A DNA stretch of 63,507 bases, filler included, from Polymyxa betae A26-41 (GCA_003693705.1; 7 parts of 7 records of this genome joined end to end with filler, not necessarily neighbours in it); one strand, 5' to 3'; positions 1 to 13,436 are shown, counted from the first letter of the whole stretch. Program-made: numbers and translations. The notes: generated from the letters alone by a model not told the origin.

Positions 1-1068
1 GACTTCTACGCTCCTCACATCCGTGCTGGAAAAGCTAAAGAGGTTAGCGACACGAGAGAACATGACTTCAGACGGGATCGGGGGCAGAAATGTCACGAGT
101 GGGGAACGTGGTCGTAGATCTAAGACGTATGCGACCGCCTATATAGGAGGTCGCGCACGCAGTTAAAACTGCGACCGGTTGCAGACGTAGCAGGGTCGAT
201 TGCCCAAATAGATTCCAGAACCCCTACTACCGATTTCGGGGCGTTGCGGTAATTCACCCGTTAATGTAAATGAGATGCAAACAGCATTCCAAAGAGCCAA
301 TCTGTTCAAATCTGGTGTTCAACCCTTTGCGTGGCTGCAGCAGACTTCCGAAATTTGGAGACCGAACCTTCTAGTTGTGCGACTACCGGTAGTTAAAGTA
401 GAGAACAAAATAAAACACAAAATTTTTGGAGTTCTATAAAAATAGATGTGTCCAAATTATGCTCTAAAAAGCTGCCATGTGACATCAATCTGTTCTCGCA
501 GCTAAAAATGTTGAAAACCCTAGCACTAAAACCCTAAATATACACTTTGACTGTCAAAACGAATGTAAAATCTTGTATGTTTAATGGCACCTGTCGACCG
601 TATCTTAAGCGCATTAACCGAATATTCTTCTTACGACGCCAAAAGTGACTGAAATCTAGATTCCTCAGGAGCCCATGGATTTTGCCCTCACTGTTTAAAA
701 ACATGCGATATACAGCGGTTTGTTCGACGTTACTTCCGCCGGCTGAAACTGGGCTGCTCTTATCCAGCTGAAACCAGGTTGCGCTTCCGCTGGGTTTGAT
801 GCTTGCGAAGTCATGCGACTGAACGTTCGGGGGTTCCTTCATGATATACATACATGGATGATATTAATAAAACTAAGGCATCAATCGACCAACACCTGCA
901 TCTTCTTATCATATCAGGCTCTGAACGGCGCTCCCGATCACGATTGCCTCATGCCCGTTAGCGCCGACTCTCGCGATCACGCTCTGTTTATTACCAGCGA
1001 AATCATCGCTCTAGCCAATATAGTCGATCGTATGCTCTATATCGTATTATCGTTCAAGGGGTTCGTTC

Positions 1069-1437
1069 TGTCGTGCAACGGTGTAGGCATCCGAATTTTT
1101 TATTAGTAGGAGAGCCACGGACCTTCGAGTCTGTGCCCCGCACTAGGGTTAAAGTGCCGCCCACCTTGCCGAAAGGCACAATAACTAGTACAATCCAATC
1201 CAATCCAATCCAATCGCTCTGTAGTTCTCGTTCTCGAGGCGCGCCCCGTCGCTCTCGTTCACGAGGCTCGCCCGTCGTTCTCCTTCGCAGCGATTGTCGT
1301 CTTCTTCTTCCCGCTCTCGGCGTAAGTTGCCTTTAGTAAGATTGTAATTGTTTATTGAGGTTCAGCCCCTATTCAATTTAACGCGTAATCGTGGTTAGGC
1401 AAATCTGGCCCTGAGGTTTCTGCATCGTCATGCGACA
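1069..1437. mobile_element. possible LTR relic
   Basis: Bounded by TGTCG...CGACA (5-bp terminal inverted repeat) and contains a (CAATC)n run; no target-site duplication found. Confidence 0.3.
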
Positions 1438-1438
1438 A

Positions 1439-1956
1439 TGTCATGACGAGAGATGTCTCCTTCTCATTGGAAGAGGCCGGGGTTTCAGTCGAAGGGCTGC
1501 CGTTATCCAACCCAACAAACCCTACACCTGTCCAGCGCGACAGCCCCATCCCCTACAATGCCCAGTGTGACAGCCACCTCCCCTACTCTCTACTGCGCGA
1601 CCCCCAATCCCCTACACTTACCAACTCGGGGCGCAAGCCCTGCGCGATCCGTGAATCAACGGTGTCTTCACAGTTGATTCTTATCTTCGTCCAACCACCT
1701 CTCCTCAGTAATGCCACCGTTTTGGACCGACGACGAAGACGCTGCGCTCGACGAATGTTTCCGAATTCGCTGAACGATCGCTCGCTGGGCATCAGGACAT
1801 ACACTGAGCAAGCCGTTAGAGGTCGCTGGAATGAGCGAAAAGTCAAGTTGCTCGAGCTCAACGGACCAGTAATCTTCTACTTTCAGATTTGTTTATTGGT
1901 TTTTTGCTTGTTTATCGTATCGTTTGAATTTTCGTTTTAAAAGTTTTGCTCTAACA
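1439..1956 (+). mobile_element. possible LTR relic (TGTCATG...CTAACA type)
   Basis: Same termini and same C-rich 5' / T-rich 3' composition as the TSD-supported solo LTR at 5693-6155; no TSD seen here. Confidence 0.4.
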
Positions 1957-3564
1957 TCTCTCAGCGCCGGAGAAGACTAACGAGTCTGCTACTCAAATCT
2001 GGTTCGAAGATGTGCTGAGCGAGAGGATTGAGTGGCCTGATGGGTACCGCCTAATCTGCTTACCTGGAAGCACACCCGTACCTATCTTAGACGCCTGTTG
2101 TTTTCTGACACTAAAATCCCTATAACCATCAAGTAGGCATATCGGCAATTTTATTGTTAAAAACTTTTCTGATTCTTACTATTCAGAGATCTTACGAAAA
2201 CATTAGAGCGTCACAATGATATAGTCAGTACAAGAGAATTTTTCAGATTAGGACTGGATCGTTGTGATACCATGTCTGCGGTCAACCCTTAGCAGGCCCA
2301 AACTCCTGTTTGGCGCTTTCATTCCTGTTCGCACATCTGCTACGTTTATGGCCTGCTCGTTCTTCGTCGCCTGCCGTGCCACTATTGATGCCGGGTTTCT
2401 ACACTGGACGGTGGCTGTTAACCCCTGGAACCGTTCTGTAGCCATCCCCTTGGCAGACGCGCTATCCTTGATGATTATGGCGCTCAACGTTTCGGTCGGA
2501 GACGTTTCGTCGTGGTTTGTCGGCGGTATTGGTGGACGCACCATCGTGGTTATAGTTGTCTTCAACTATGACACGCGACAACAGCAACAATATCATCATA
2601 ATAGTAACATCAACTGCAACTTGGTTTTACTTAACCCGAACTTACTTAAATTTAGACTGGAGCGAATACCAAAACGACCAAAGCTCCAAAAACAGGATCA
2701 GTTAACCAATTCTCAAATGTAAGCAATCGTTTCTTACAAACAACTGTGTTGGCCATCCTGAAGAAGACGAACAGAGCCCAATCATTCCTATAAGGTAAGT
2801 GAGACCTACTACTATTTCGCAGTGTAATTTTGATCTGTTTTGATAGTGTCAGATCGCAAGCACTATTCCCCAGGCAAACCTACACACTGCGCGATGCTGT
2901 AGAGGTAATGTACAAGGCGGCAGCCCTAATCAGGTATTTCTTTCTTACTATCAGCAGATCCCCCATGCAGACTGTTTGTAGGCTGAAAATCTCAGTGTTC
3001 TAATCGCACTAAATGATGAATTTCCATGTACTATTGGTAGGGTTTAGAACGCAGACATCGAAAGGGCCTCCCCTACCTTACGATCCGATATCGGTAAACT
3101 TTGAGCACCGAATCGGCTGTGAGGTCTAGGAAAAGCCGTCTATCAGCGGTTCGCGCCGTTAATGATGGAGGGCGAGTTCTATGGTGATGAGATTTTAAAG
3201 CTCGCCAGACCTGCTATTTTCACGGGAGTGTTCGCTGCCGGGGATGCCTTGTTGCTTCCGGGAAACCTTATCCATTTTTGCCCCAAGCTGGAATGTCCCT
3301 TCCAACCCTCCAAGCATGGAAATTCGGATGACTCTGTTTTTAACATTCGCTCCTACAGGCCATCGTCTTCGTAACGATTTGCAGGTTCATGCGCTGAACT
3401 TAGCACAGATTCTGTACGGGGCGCAGTCTGAGCGTGCCTGGAGATGGTCAATTGCCTCGATCTTTATTAGAGCCTGGTCCAAGTAAAAATAATGCGATCT
3501 CAATAATCCGTGGAATGACTAATTGTGGTCCAAGTAAAGAATACTATTTGTATGGAATAAATTA

Positions 3565-4452
3565 GGGTGCGTTTGGCTATCTGAGCTGCGGAATTTTGCA
3601 AAATTCCATTATTGCAATATTGTTGAAAAATATTGTAAGAACATGTTTTGACAAATTCCAGATCGTTTGGATGCACTGTTTATGAATAAAAAAACACAAA
3701 GTTGATAGTCCGCATCGAATATTTTTACAGTAGCTCTCTTTGCGACAATCATGTCAGATGAAGGGCAGTTTCAAAGAATTCACAACAGCATCGAAATGTT
3801 TGCTCAGTTTATATTTATTACTAAAGGGATGTATTCCAAACGTACCCGCTAATAGTCTCGTAGGAATGCTGAAAGCGCTTTTGGGAGCTTTTATTGGATG
3901 CATTTTGACCGACGACATACAGGAAAATAGCCAACTGGTGGTCTTAGGTAGTGATACCTCGAGATGGCATCAGGCACCCTTTAGCAATGATGAATTTTTC
4001 AGATGAAGGAAGGTGAAACGATTCATTCGGAAGAACTCCAAGAAGCGCCGTTCGATTGTAGTATGCGACAGCAATTCCTACATTTAGAGGCAGCCGGTCA
4101 TGATGGACGTTCTGCATGACTCCCTGCAAAGGTATTGTGCCGCATACCATCATGTTGCTAGGACAAGAAAGTCTGCAGCATTGCCGTCACCGTCATCGAT
4201 GCCGCAAGCCTCAAGACCCCTGGAGAAAACAGAAGCCATATCTCGAACGGCAGGTAATATTTAAATTTGCAGCCCAAAAATTTAGGTCCGAGCTGAATAT
4301 CGTATTTTGCAAAATTCAAGGGTATTTTGCAAAAATCCCGATTTTGCAAGAAAGGCATCCCAACACGTTCAGCATCTTTTTCTTTGTAAAATAGGCAATT
4401 TTGCAAAATATCCCCCGGAATTTTGCAAAATTGCGAGTATCCAAACGCACCC
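3565..4452 (-). mobile_element. non-autonomous PIF/Harbinger deletion derivative (Tourist-like)
   Basis: Perfect TIRs GGGTGCGTTTGG (3565-3576) / CCAAACGCACCC (4441-4452); TTA on both flanks (3562-3564, 4453-4455); repeated subterminal TTTTGCAAAA palindromes; internal minus-strand relic RTSIMTG...ELL...RFLEFFRMNRFTF resembling a Harbinger transposase N-terminus. Confidence 0.9.
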
Positions 4453-4524
4453 TTATGTAGAAAATCAAATTTTGCGTGTCCGTGTAGGCAGTAGGGTAGT
4501 CTCATCTCATCGATCAGCTGTCGC

Positions 4525-5332
4525 ATGGAGTCGCTGCCGGATTCGATAGCATTGGAAATTAACACAGGGGCTATTGTAGTGAAGCCAGATGGCGAGCAGC
4601 CGAAGCGAGGCCGCGGGCGCCCTGCTAAAAAGGCGAAAAAAGACATCCCAAACGCTGAAAAAGCAGATTGGTCTACGAAAATGATCGAAACATTGCTGAA
4701 TGAGAGAAGTGAACTCATAGACCTGTTTCTTGAAGCTCAAAAGAGCAAAAAATTGCTGCAGGGTGGACGAAAGTTACTCTTGCAGTCAATACAGACTTTG
4801 ATCTCAAGCTGAGCGTGGATCAGGTGAATAACAAATACAACAACCTGAAGGCAAGTAATCGACAAATAGTAGAAGCCAAGACCGAAACCGGCAATGTTAA
4901 ACAGCCCAAAAAGCCAGAGCACTGGGAAGCTATGTTTGAAGATCCTTTCAACCGGCGAGCTGGTCTAGCCCATGGCGACGTTCTCAAACCTACCGTTTCC
5001 ACTGAAAAGCAGGATATCGCGTCTGAAGTAAAAGGGTCGAAAGAAAGCGGCAGTAGATCGTTTTGGTGCGGTTGCTGCTGTTGGAGCCGATATCAAAGAG
5101 GGTCTGCTGGGCCTTGGCAATATGGTCTGATAAGCGATTGGCAGCAAATCACAGCTTGGGGGTGATGGCGAAGTCCTTACCGCTTTAAAACAGCAGACCT
5201 CTTCACTTCAGCGAGCAAACGATTGGCTCAAATATAATCAAGAGCAAGCGGATAAATTTTTACAACCAAAGCCTCGTCGATTCACAGAACGCCTTGCTGC
5301 AAGCAATAACCAAGTTCTTAGAGAAAGAATGA
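4525..5332 (+). pseudogene. Harbinger accessory Myb/SANT-like DNA-binding protein, frameshifted
   Basis: AT-hook-like KRGRGRP, then WSTKMIETLL...VNNKYNNLK...TGN...PEHW; split over several frames; convergent with the transposase. Confidence 0.7.
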
Positions 5333-5342
5333 TAAGCAATAA

Positions 5343-6900
5343 TTACCGCCGTATATTGAACAGGTATTGCTTAATGGCCTCTCGGGTGTTTTGTCCCTTT
5401 TGGTCCGAGTTGTCCTGTGCTGTGTTTTCATCGCAATGAATAGGTAAATGGACTTCTTCGTACATTGCTGTTATTTCTTGTTCATTGAGGTGACAGAGAA
5501 TGCTGTGTAGTATCAAACATGCCTGTACAACTCTTGCCATTTGCGTCGTAGCTGGAAACCCATTGAATGGATCAGGTTTCTGATTGAATGGAGTCTTCAG
5601 AATTCGAAAGCGATGTTTTTGCATTCCAATCAATTTTTCCACTGTAATACGAGTTCGAGAATGTAGATAATTGAATAAGGATTCATCTGCAGTGTCATGC
5701 TCTACGTGCATGGACACGAAGCCCTTGGAACCCTCCAACCGGCGCGGCCGCAGTTGCGCACCCGCTCGCACCCCTCGCATTACGATCAACGCCTTCCTCA
5801 TCGTCTTCACCTCCTACCTCCTCTCTCTCCCTCTTTCCCTCGACATCGTCTCCGTCCTCCGGACCTCCTCCTAGTTCTCATCCCGCTCACGCCATCGCCT
5901 GGCCCCAATCCAGCGCCCCGGTCCAGTCCCGCGTCCCCGTTTCTCCTATTTCCGACCCAACGTCTCCGTCCCTTCTGCTCCCGCTCCGCAAGCCGTCAAC
6001 TATACTCGTCCCGACTACTCGCCCCGACGTCACCACTGCCCCGTCGCCTTACCTTCCTTATTTCGGTTCCATTGTTTGTTGAGTTGATAAAGCACAGTTT
6101 TCTTTAGTTAATTCGCATTAGTACTGTATCAGGACTTCTTTCCCTCGTCCTAACATGCAGATATATCGTCATGAATAGGATAGGGTGTGATAATTTTCCC
6201 AGATAATTTGTAGCCAGCGTCAGCGATCACCAGCATTCCTTTGGGAACAGTATTGTCGATGTTCTTTCCAAAGTCAGAGTAGTTGAAGACAGCCTTGTCA
6301 TTGGCCGACCCCTGGTCGAAAATCGTACGAGCGAACATTTCCTTTGGAGTCCATGAAAGATGCTACAAGTCGGAGTGCTCAATGTAGGCTAGTTAACAGA
6401 GTGAATTGTATATTAGGTGACATAGGACAGATCATGTAGGACACGAGTCCGGTGCAAGCGATCTAGTACACTGCACGGGACTGGAATGCTGCATCATGGT
6501 CAAGTGACCGTGACGCCTGCTCCAACGGTCCACGCCAATCTGCACGTTCATTGCTGGGTAAAGTTTGGGGCAGCACCATCCTTCGGAGTAATGAAGACGT
6601 TCGATTTCAAAGAGGGTGCCATCCATCGCAAGACAGGTCTTGGGAAAGCCACATATCTCTTCAAAGCTCCTGCAGAGATTTTTCCACTTCTGTAAGCCTC
6701 GGGGAAGATAAAGGAACTGGTCTTTCAATAAAGCTTCAATGACACTAATAGTTTGCCAAATAAAGCGAAGTGCTGAGGCCTTGCCCATTCCAAACATTTT
6801 GGCAGACTGTGATACGCTTCATGAGTGTGCCAGATAATGAAGAGTGACAGCAGCTCGGTCTCGAATAGAAAACGTGGCATTGTCACCTATTTTTATTGTT
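5343..6900 (-). pseudogene. PIF/Harbinger DDE transposase, disrupted by two insertions
   Basis: Motifs GFPKTCLAMDGT, NVQ..VD, GSAND, ADAGY..TPY, FNYLHSRTRITVE..G..K.RFRIL, ACLILH; interrupted at 5693-6155 and about 6337-6514. Confidence 0.9.
5693..6155 (+). mobile_element. solo LTR with 5-bp TSD
   Basis: 463 bp TGTCA...TAACA flanked by TGCAG at 5688-5692 and 6156-6160; removing it plus one TSD restores the transposase frame HDDISADESLFNYLH. Confidence 0.9.
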
Positions 6901-6946
6901 CGAATCCAGCCAGTTCCGCTCGACCATGTTGGGGCAGATGTTATCG

Positions 6947-7177
6947 TGCCGCTGGTTTCCACTTGTGATTGTTGAAATCTAACCGGTGCATATGAACTCT
7001 GAGCAGCTACGAACTTCCTGTTCCAACGGGCCCAGCCAAGGATCCTTTCCCATGTTCTGTCTCAAAATTTCAACAGATGCCGCTGCTTTCCACTTGTGAT
7101 TGTCGAAATCTAACCGGTGCATATTAACTCTGAGCAGCTACGAGCTTTATGTTCCAACGGGCCCAGCCAAGGATCCT
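6947..7177 (+). repeat. imperfect direct duplication (about 100 bp, period about 131)
   Basis: tgccgctg..ttccacttgtgattg..gaaatctaaccggtgcatat..ctctgagcagctacga...cccagccaaggatcct occurs twice. Confidence 0.85.
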
Positions 7178-7953
7178 CCCCTGTCACTGCAACCGACACC
7201 GATGCAACAACGGCTTCGGAAATAAGGGGACGCAGACCTAAATCAGAGAAATCTGCGGATGAAAGGGATTTGCGGTGGACGACCCCGATGATCGAGACAC
7301 TACTGAAATTTCATCGAGAAGCACACGTAAGGTACTTTCAGAACAAGCCTAATCCGTAAGCGGCGGGTGAAGGCTGGGCTTTGTTGTGAAGGACTGGTGC
7401 CAGCAGCAAGAGCGGAATGTTCCGCTGAGCATGATCAGTCCGAAGTACGATGCTCTCCTAAAAATGTGGAGGGATTTCGGGCCAACTGGAACGGAATCAA
7501 AGAAGACTGGTAACGTAAAGCCTGATCTAACACCATAGATGATCCTGCTTTGGCTGTCATCACACCTTTTTTTGCCAAATACCCAGGAACTGGATAAGAT
7601 CTTGGACCGTCCACTGATCACGTTGGCGGTCATGCACGAGATGACGATAGCGATGCAGATATGGACTGTGATGCTAGCTGACTTTCCAGAATCTGATCAA
7701 GCGCCTTCAGCGAAGCGCCCACGTGCTGGAGTGTCCTCAAACGCAACTGATCTTGGCGACAAAAAGGATCCGCCGTCGCCATGGTTTCCGAAAGCTTTTC
7801 CAGCTGAGCGAAGGTTGTTAGCGGTCAGGACGCGGACGTTTTGAAAACTTATATGCAAGAGTGTCGTGATGCTCTAGTCTCTTTGAAGCAGTCCATCGGT
7901 AAAAGCACACAGACTCAGTTGGCAATGCTGGAAGCTATTCAAAAACTCGCTAA
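7117..7953 (+). pseudogene. second Harbinger Myb/SANT-like accessory gene, degenerate
   Basis: RWTTPMIETLL...KYDALLKMW...KKTGNVK parallels 4525-5332; its stop overlaps the transposase stop at 7950-7953. Confidence 0.65.
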
Positions 7954-9050
7954 TGGCGGTTCTTAACTGAAGAAAAATAAAATTTAACAATGTCACGCCG
8001 CAGCTTGGCTCTTTCTCCATTTACTGCTTCGACCAGATCAGTTTGTGGTTGATCATTGTTTGGGGGGAGGGCGTTATCATTATCTTTCTCAGAAGTAGGA
8101 ACAGCATCGGATATCGCAATGAAAACGTTATGAAAAATGAGGCAGCGGTGAACGATTCGCGCTGCTTGAGAGCTGGCCATTTTTGTCTTCGCTCTGGTCG
8201 CCAACCGTTCTCAAGGTTGCCTTTCTGATTGAGAATCGCTTAAAACCGTCAGAAATGATTTTTCAGCATTCCAAAAGCGTTATCCCCACAACGATTCGCG
8301 TACATGACGACAAATTAGTTGTAGTTGCGCTACTCTGACGCCATCTCGTCGTTGTAATCATAAAAAGTCAAACAATGGGTGTACAACTGATAACCAGCGT
8401 CCGCAAGAATCACTTTGAATGGAGGCAACAGCTGATGCACTGTTCTCCCAAACTCAGAGCGATGAATACAACCTTATCGTTTTCAACGCCCGGCCGCATG
8501 ACGTAGCTCCGAGAGCGACGTTTGTAATCAACAACACCTTGTAAGTTAATGGCACGATATCCTTTCCGGCAATACCATCCCCCGTAATCATGCGGACGTT
8601 CAATCTCGATCAAGGTCCCGTCAAATGACAGGCATCGGGAAAGCCGCAAATTCTCTCAAATCCCAGTGAAAGTTCTTGCCATTTATCATGAGATGTTGGA
8701 AAGTAAATGAATCGAGGGCCAGATCTGTCAATTACAATGTCCAAAACCTCTTCGAAATACCGCAAAGCAGAGGCTTCAGGCTTTGCCCATTCCGAAAACT
8801 TTGGCGCGCGGAATCGATGACAGATCCAGATCTTGTCAGGTAATGTAGGCAAACAGCAACACGTTGGCGGACGATAAACTTTACATCGTGATGAATGGGT
8901 CCATGATAGGAACCCCATTCTATGTTCACCAGATTAGCAATCTCATCGAATGACCGCTACGAACAGCGGAATGTGTCGCGAAACCAACCGTCAAACTACT
9001 CAGGATTTGAGCTGCGAGCTCGTGTTTTCGTCCAGCTCTTCGCCATCGTT
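7950..9050 (-). pseudogene. second PIF/Harbinger transposase, frameshifted
   Basis: FDGWFRDTFRC, RVAVCLHYLT, GFERICGFP, DGTLIEIERP, WYCRKGY.AINLQGVVD, ADAGY, CLIFHN spread across several frames. Confidence 0.9.
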
Positions 9051-9199
9051 ACCTGGAAGCTCATAAACAAACGTCGATTGAATACTTTCCGGCAGGAACA
9101 TTCCCTAGAACCCTCCGGGCCAGTACGACTAATGCGCACTTCACGCACTCCGACTCCGTGGAACCTTCCAGGCGTGGAGTCTTCTGGCAATGTCGGTCA

Positions 9200-9900
9200 C
9201 TATACCTTGATCTTTGATCCCGCTTCCTCGTCCAGCTCGTCGGCTAAACTCAACGTCATAGCTAGATGAGCGTACAGATCTCCGTTTTCCGTTAACCTTG
9301 TATGACGAGACGTTTGGATCAGGATGAGAATCGAAAGTCCGCTCCGCTTTCTGTAGAGCGACCTTAAAGCGTCCATGCCTCCCTTGGCGTGCTCATCTTG
9401 TTGACCAAGACGTACTGACTTGACTCCAGAGCTGCAATCAGAACCAAGAAGGCCTTGTTCTGAGTAGCCTTGTTGGCGATATCCTCCTAGCTTGAGTGTG
9501 TTCACCAAGTCATATCCGATCAGGTGCGTTGCAAACCCGAGCTCGAACGCATCCCAATTCTTTCCTTTCAGCTTCTCACCAGTGTAAGCTCGGATAGCGT
9601 CTGGGCCCATAACCTGAGGTGATGTGGTAGATTGCGTGTTGTTGAGGTTCGAGCCAGATCCCTGATCCGCTCCCGTATTGTTCGCTTCGTTGTCGCTCAT
9701 GCTGTCTACAATCGCGATACAAACGATTAGGACAAAGTAACCACGTGAGTTTTCATATATATTATTTTTCCAGGACGCAGACAGGTTGGGCTGCAGGCCC
9801 AAGTGGCCAGCTGTCAGCCGCCAGCCCCACACTACGATGAAAGGTCACTGGGCCTCCGACGCAGCCAGCTGCAGTTTCCAGGGTCAGCGCCACTCTAACA
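9200..9900 (-). mobile_element. truncated Ty1/Copia element: 5' LTR (about 9615-9900), PBS and gag fragment
   Basis: Minus strand TGTTAGAG...ACCTCA followed by GGTTATGGGCCCAG (9601-9614); gag-like KLKGKNWDAF. Confidence 0.7.
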
Positions 9901-10112
9901 AAAATCGTGGATATCGTCGGCGTCGTTTGCAGTGATCGTGGTCGCTCCTGTGAAGAGCACGACGTCAGATGAGTGCCTAGATTCTGTGGTCAGAATTCGT
10001 CAAATTCAAATTATATGCGGTGTCTCAACTATTGATGACACAATTGGGCATATGTTTTGCAACTTTGATCATCGTTACAGAGAATGGCCAAGAAGTGGTC
10101 GCCCTTGATGTC

Positions 10113-10337
10113 TGTTGGGTTACGGATGGCAGTGACAGCTGTTTGATGGGATTTATTGTTGTTGAGCGCCGACAGAGCGATCCAGAACCGGAATCTGTTA
10201 TGATGTCGGCAAGCGTTAGCAGAAAGAGTAGCTATCGTTGAGAGCGAGATTGAGATGGCTACAAAGGTTTAGAAGTGAAATTATTGAAAACATGTAATAA
10301 TATTCATTCATCGGCCATCGGCCATTCTCACCCAACA
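10113..10337. mobile_element. probable solo LTR
   Basis: 225 bp with perfect 8-bp terminal inverted repeat TGTTGGGT...ACCCAACA; flanks do not form a TSD. Confidence 0.45.
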
Positions 10338-10455
10338 CTATTCATTCATCCAGAATTGACTGCGAAACCCTAAACCTTAAAATTATCCTCCTTTTCACAG
10401 GAGATTGTGGCCATGAAAAACGCCGATTTTGTTACGCAAAGTATACAACCGGTTA

Positions 10456-11135
10456 GAGCATCTCCACCGCCACAACGCTCCTTGCATGCCGAAAAAAAGT
10501 GCATGCCAAAACCAAAGATCGTAAGCAACTACAGCTTCAAGCACAATGCAAATTCATTTGAGCCCTCGGTATGATCCCTGCCAAGCGCTTGGACAATTTT
10601 CCCATTTCCAATTATAGCAATCGATGGAGCCATGCAACCATTCCTGGAAAATCCCCTTTTGGCATTTTCTTGCATAATTTTTTGCAGATCATCCACTATA
10701 AGCGACAGTCGATATTCCTCTCCGAACAGAGCAATAGTGGCATCACAGAATCACTCCAGGCATTCGCTTGCAGTAGATTCGCCAATTTTGACATACTCAT
10801 CAACGGCGTCATAAGAATGTAATATGCCAGAATACGAATAGTTGCTACACACTTCTGGAGTGTGGACAATCCGAGATCTCCAATGTCATTCTCCTTTGCA
10901 GAAAATAATTATCGTGGTCTTTGACAGCAACTATTTTCAAAAATAACGCTCATCGCATTCTGAATCGACGTCGAAATAAATTGGAATCGAAAACTGGGCA
11001 CTCAGCAAAGCAATCGTTGTAAATGCGCTTGTCAGCGTCAGCGATCGAAGTCCCGTTCCAAATTAAAGCTTCTTCCAATTCTTGAGCAGCCTGCTTTCTC
11101 ATGGCTGCTTTCAGAACTTGTGGTGCCACAGTCAT
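10456..11135 (-). pseudogene. Harbinger-type (plant transposon protein family) transposase relic with one TIR
   Basis: FRRRFRMR, DEYVKIGESTA.ECL, RGF.PGM..GSIDC..WKWENCP.AWQG, VLEAVVAYDLWFWHA; ends in TTA+GAGCATCTCCA at 10453-10466. Confidence 0.8.
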
Positions 11136-11266
11136 TGAGAACGATGTCGTCTGTATCGTCTACAGCGAGCGCGGGGCCAAATCATGGAGCAAATACCAGG
11201 TCAACGACATGATGATATTCAAAACTTAGGTACAATCCGTAATGTAGTCCCGCCAAATCTGGATAG

Positions 11267-11447
11267 TGTTGGTGCTGCCCCGCCAGACGAACGTCCAGCA
11301 CTTGAACCTGAAGAATCAGCCATGATTGGTGACACAGAACGTACACTAAGAGAGAAGGCTCGTTAGTTAGTCACAAAGAAGAATGAATATTTGTATTCAT
11401 ATAATCGATATTCATCGGTCATAGTTTACTGCGAATATTCATCAACA
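11267..11447 (-). repeat. Copia 3' LTR (181 bp)
   Basis: TGTTG...CAACA; reverse complement of 18934-19114 with no difference seen by eye; preceded by polypurine tract CAAAGGGGGAGAT (11448-11460); followed by CTATC. Confidence 0.95.
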
Positions 11448-12936
11448 ATCTCCCCCTTTGCAGGAAACTATCACGCTCAAAAACACCTAGTTCGTTTCGC
11501 AAAAATAGAAATCGGCTACCGCCTAAATTTTTCGTAAAAATGTCCGCGATCATGCTTTGACTTTTACAATACTGTAACTCAATGTTCTTCTTCTTAACAT
11601 GGTCGCGCACAAAATGATAATGAACGTCAACATATTTCGACCTTTTCGTACTGGTTGTTTGTTCAGCGATAGATATACACGCTTGGTTATCTTCATAAAT
11701 TCTTATAGGATGTGGTAGTTGTTGTCCTGGTAAACTAGTTAACAATTGCTTAAACCACAAAACTTCCGCAACTATGTCAGATAGAGAGATATATTCTGCT
11801 TCCGCGGTAGAACGGGATACGCATCCATGTTTCTTAGAATAGAAAACAATTGGTCCTCCGTTATATAAAATTACTCCCCCTGAAATTGATTTTCGATCGG
11901 AAGACTCTCCAGCAAAATCCGAATCACAACAAATATTGATATTTTGTTGATTTTCGTGAAACCCGATTCCGTATGTTGAAGTCCCTCTTAAATAGCGATA
12001 AATTCGTTTCACTAATTTAACATGATGCTGGTTATAATTTGAAACAGCACGAGCAACAACTCCGACAGAATGTGCGAGATCTGGTCTTGTCATGTTCGCC
12101 AGATACATAAGATGTCCGACGGCTTCTCGATACGGAAACTCGCTGCAATTTTCTTGAATTTCACCTTGAAGAGGTGGTGAAATATTTCCGTTCGGGGCTT
12201 TCACTGGCTTACAATCTTGCATGTTGAATAACTTTAACATCTTGTTAACCTTAGCCTCTTGAAATAGATGAATTCTTTTATGTTTTCGATTCCTTGTTAC
12301 ATGCATGCCTAAAAGAAACTTAACTTCCTCTAGATCTTTGACTGGAAATACGGTAGACAGATCCTTCTTGAATTGATTGTATATGGAAAGAGTAGTACAC
12401 GCACAAATTATATCGTCAACGTGAATAGCGCCCATGATATAATCACCATTGGTATAAGTTTTATAAATGACACACTTGTCGACCGCCACTGTTGTATAAC
12501 CATGTTGTTCTAGAACATCTAATAAGTGCTTATGAAGTTCAACAGCACCCTGCTTAAGTCCATATAGAACTTTGTGTAATTTACAAACATGACTCGCAGA
12601 TGATGTTCCTGGCTCAATAAAACCTGCAGGTTGTTCCATATATATTTCTTCTTTAAGATTTTGATGTTGAAATGCTGTTTCGATGTCCATTTGATAAAGC
12701 TCCAAATCTTCAAATGCCGCAATCGATATAATCGTCCGAATTGATGCCGTACACGCAACCGGACTGAAAGTCTCCATATAGTGACACCCGAAAACTTGAG
12801 TAAAGCCACGCGCAACAAATCTTGCTTTAAACTTGATAACCGCGTTGTTCTGATCTCTTTTCCTCTTAAAGATCCACCGGCTATCAATGACTTTCCGATC
12901 ATCTGGCCTCTGAACTACCGTCCACAAGTCTTTGCA
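11419..12936 (-). mobile_element. Copia reverse transcriptase-RNase H (3' half of the split element)
   Basis: KARFVARGFTQ, QMDIETAF, LYGLKQ, HVDD, YREAVG.LMYL...TRPD, CDSDFAG, STAEAEY, YEDNQ, MIADIFTK. Confidence 0.95.
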
Positions 12937-13436
12937 GGCTGAAGTGACTGGATTGTGCGAAAGGAAAGACCAGTGCGGCAACCGTTCAACAACAGCGTTT
13001 TTAAAAAGTCAATGAAAGTTCATAGATTATTGCTCGTTCTGTTGCTGTGCAGGAATCTCTCCAACTCCTGACATCCAATGACAGGTTGCACTATGTAATA
13101 TCATGGTGATGCAATCAAATTGCCAAACCTTACAAGCAACCTGCAATTGATCTCTGCAACATTCACGAGACAACAGAAGCAATCAATCAAAACATCAATG
13201 TATTGGAATTCAAAAGATGTCGTGTTGCAAATTCAGCTGCTGGATGCGACTTTAGGGAAAGGGAGATTACAAATACGCCTATTGCCCAGATGTTAGAGAT
13301 AACACCTGCCAAACAACAAAGAATATTTACAAGTCGAATGCGAACTTTACGAAGTTCATAGTGACGACCACAAACGTGACATGTTTACGGAAACGTTGTC
13401 TCCTGCAGATAATCAGATTAAGTAGGTTACGCAGAA

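Noticed and set aside
2248-3486. Several 70-150-aa ORFs
   Set aside because: No motifs or coherent exon structure recognised.
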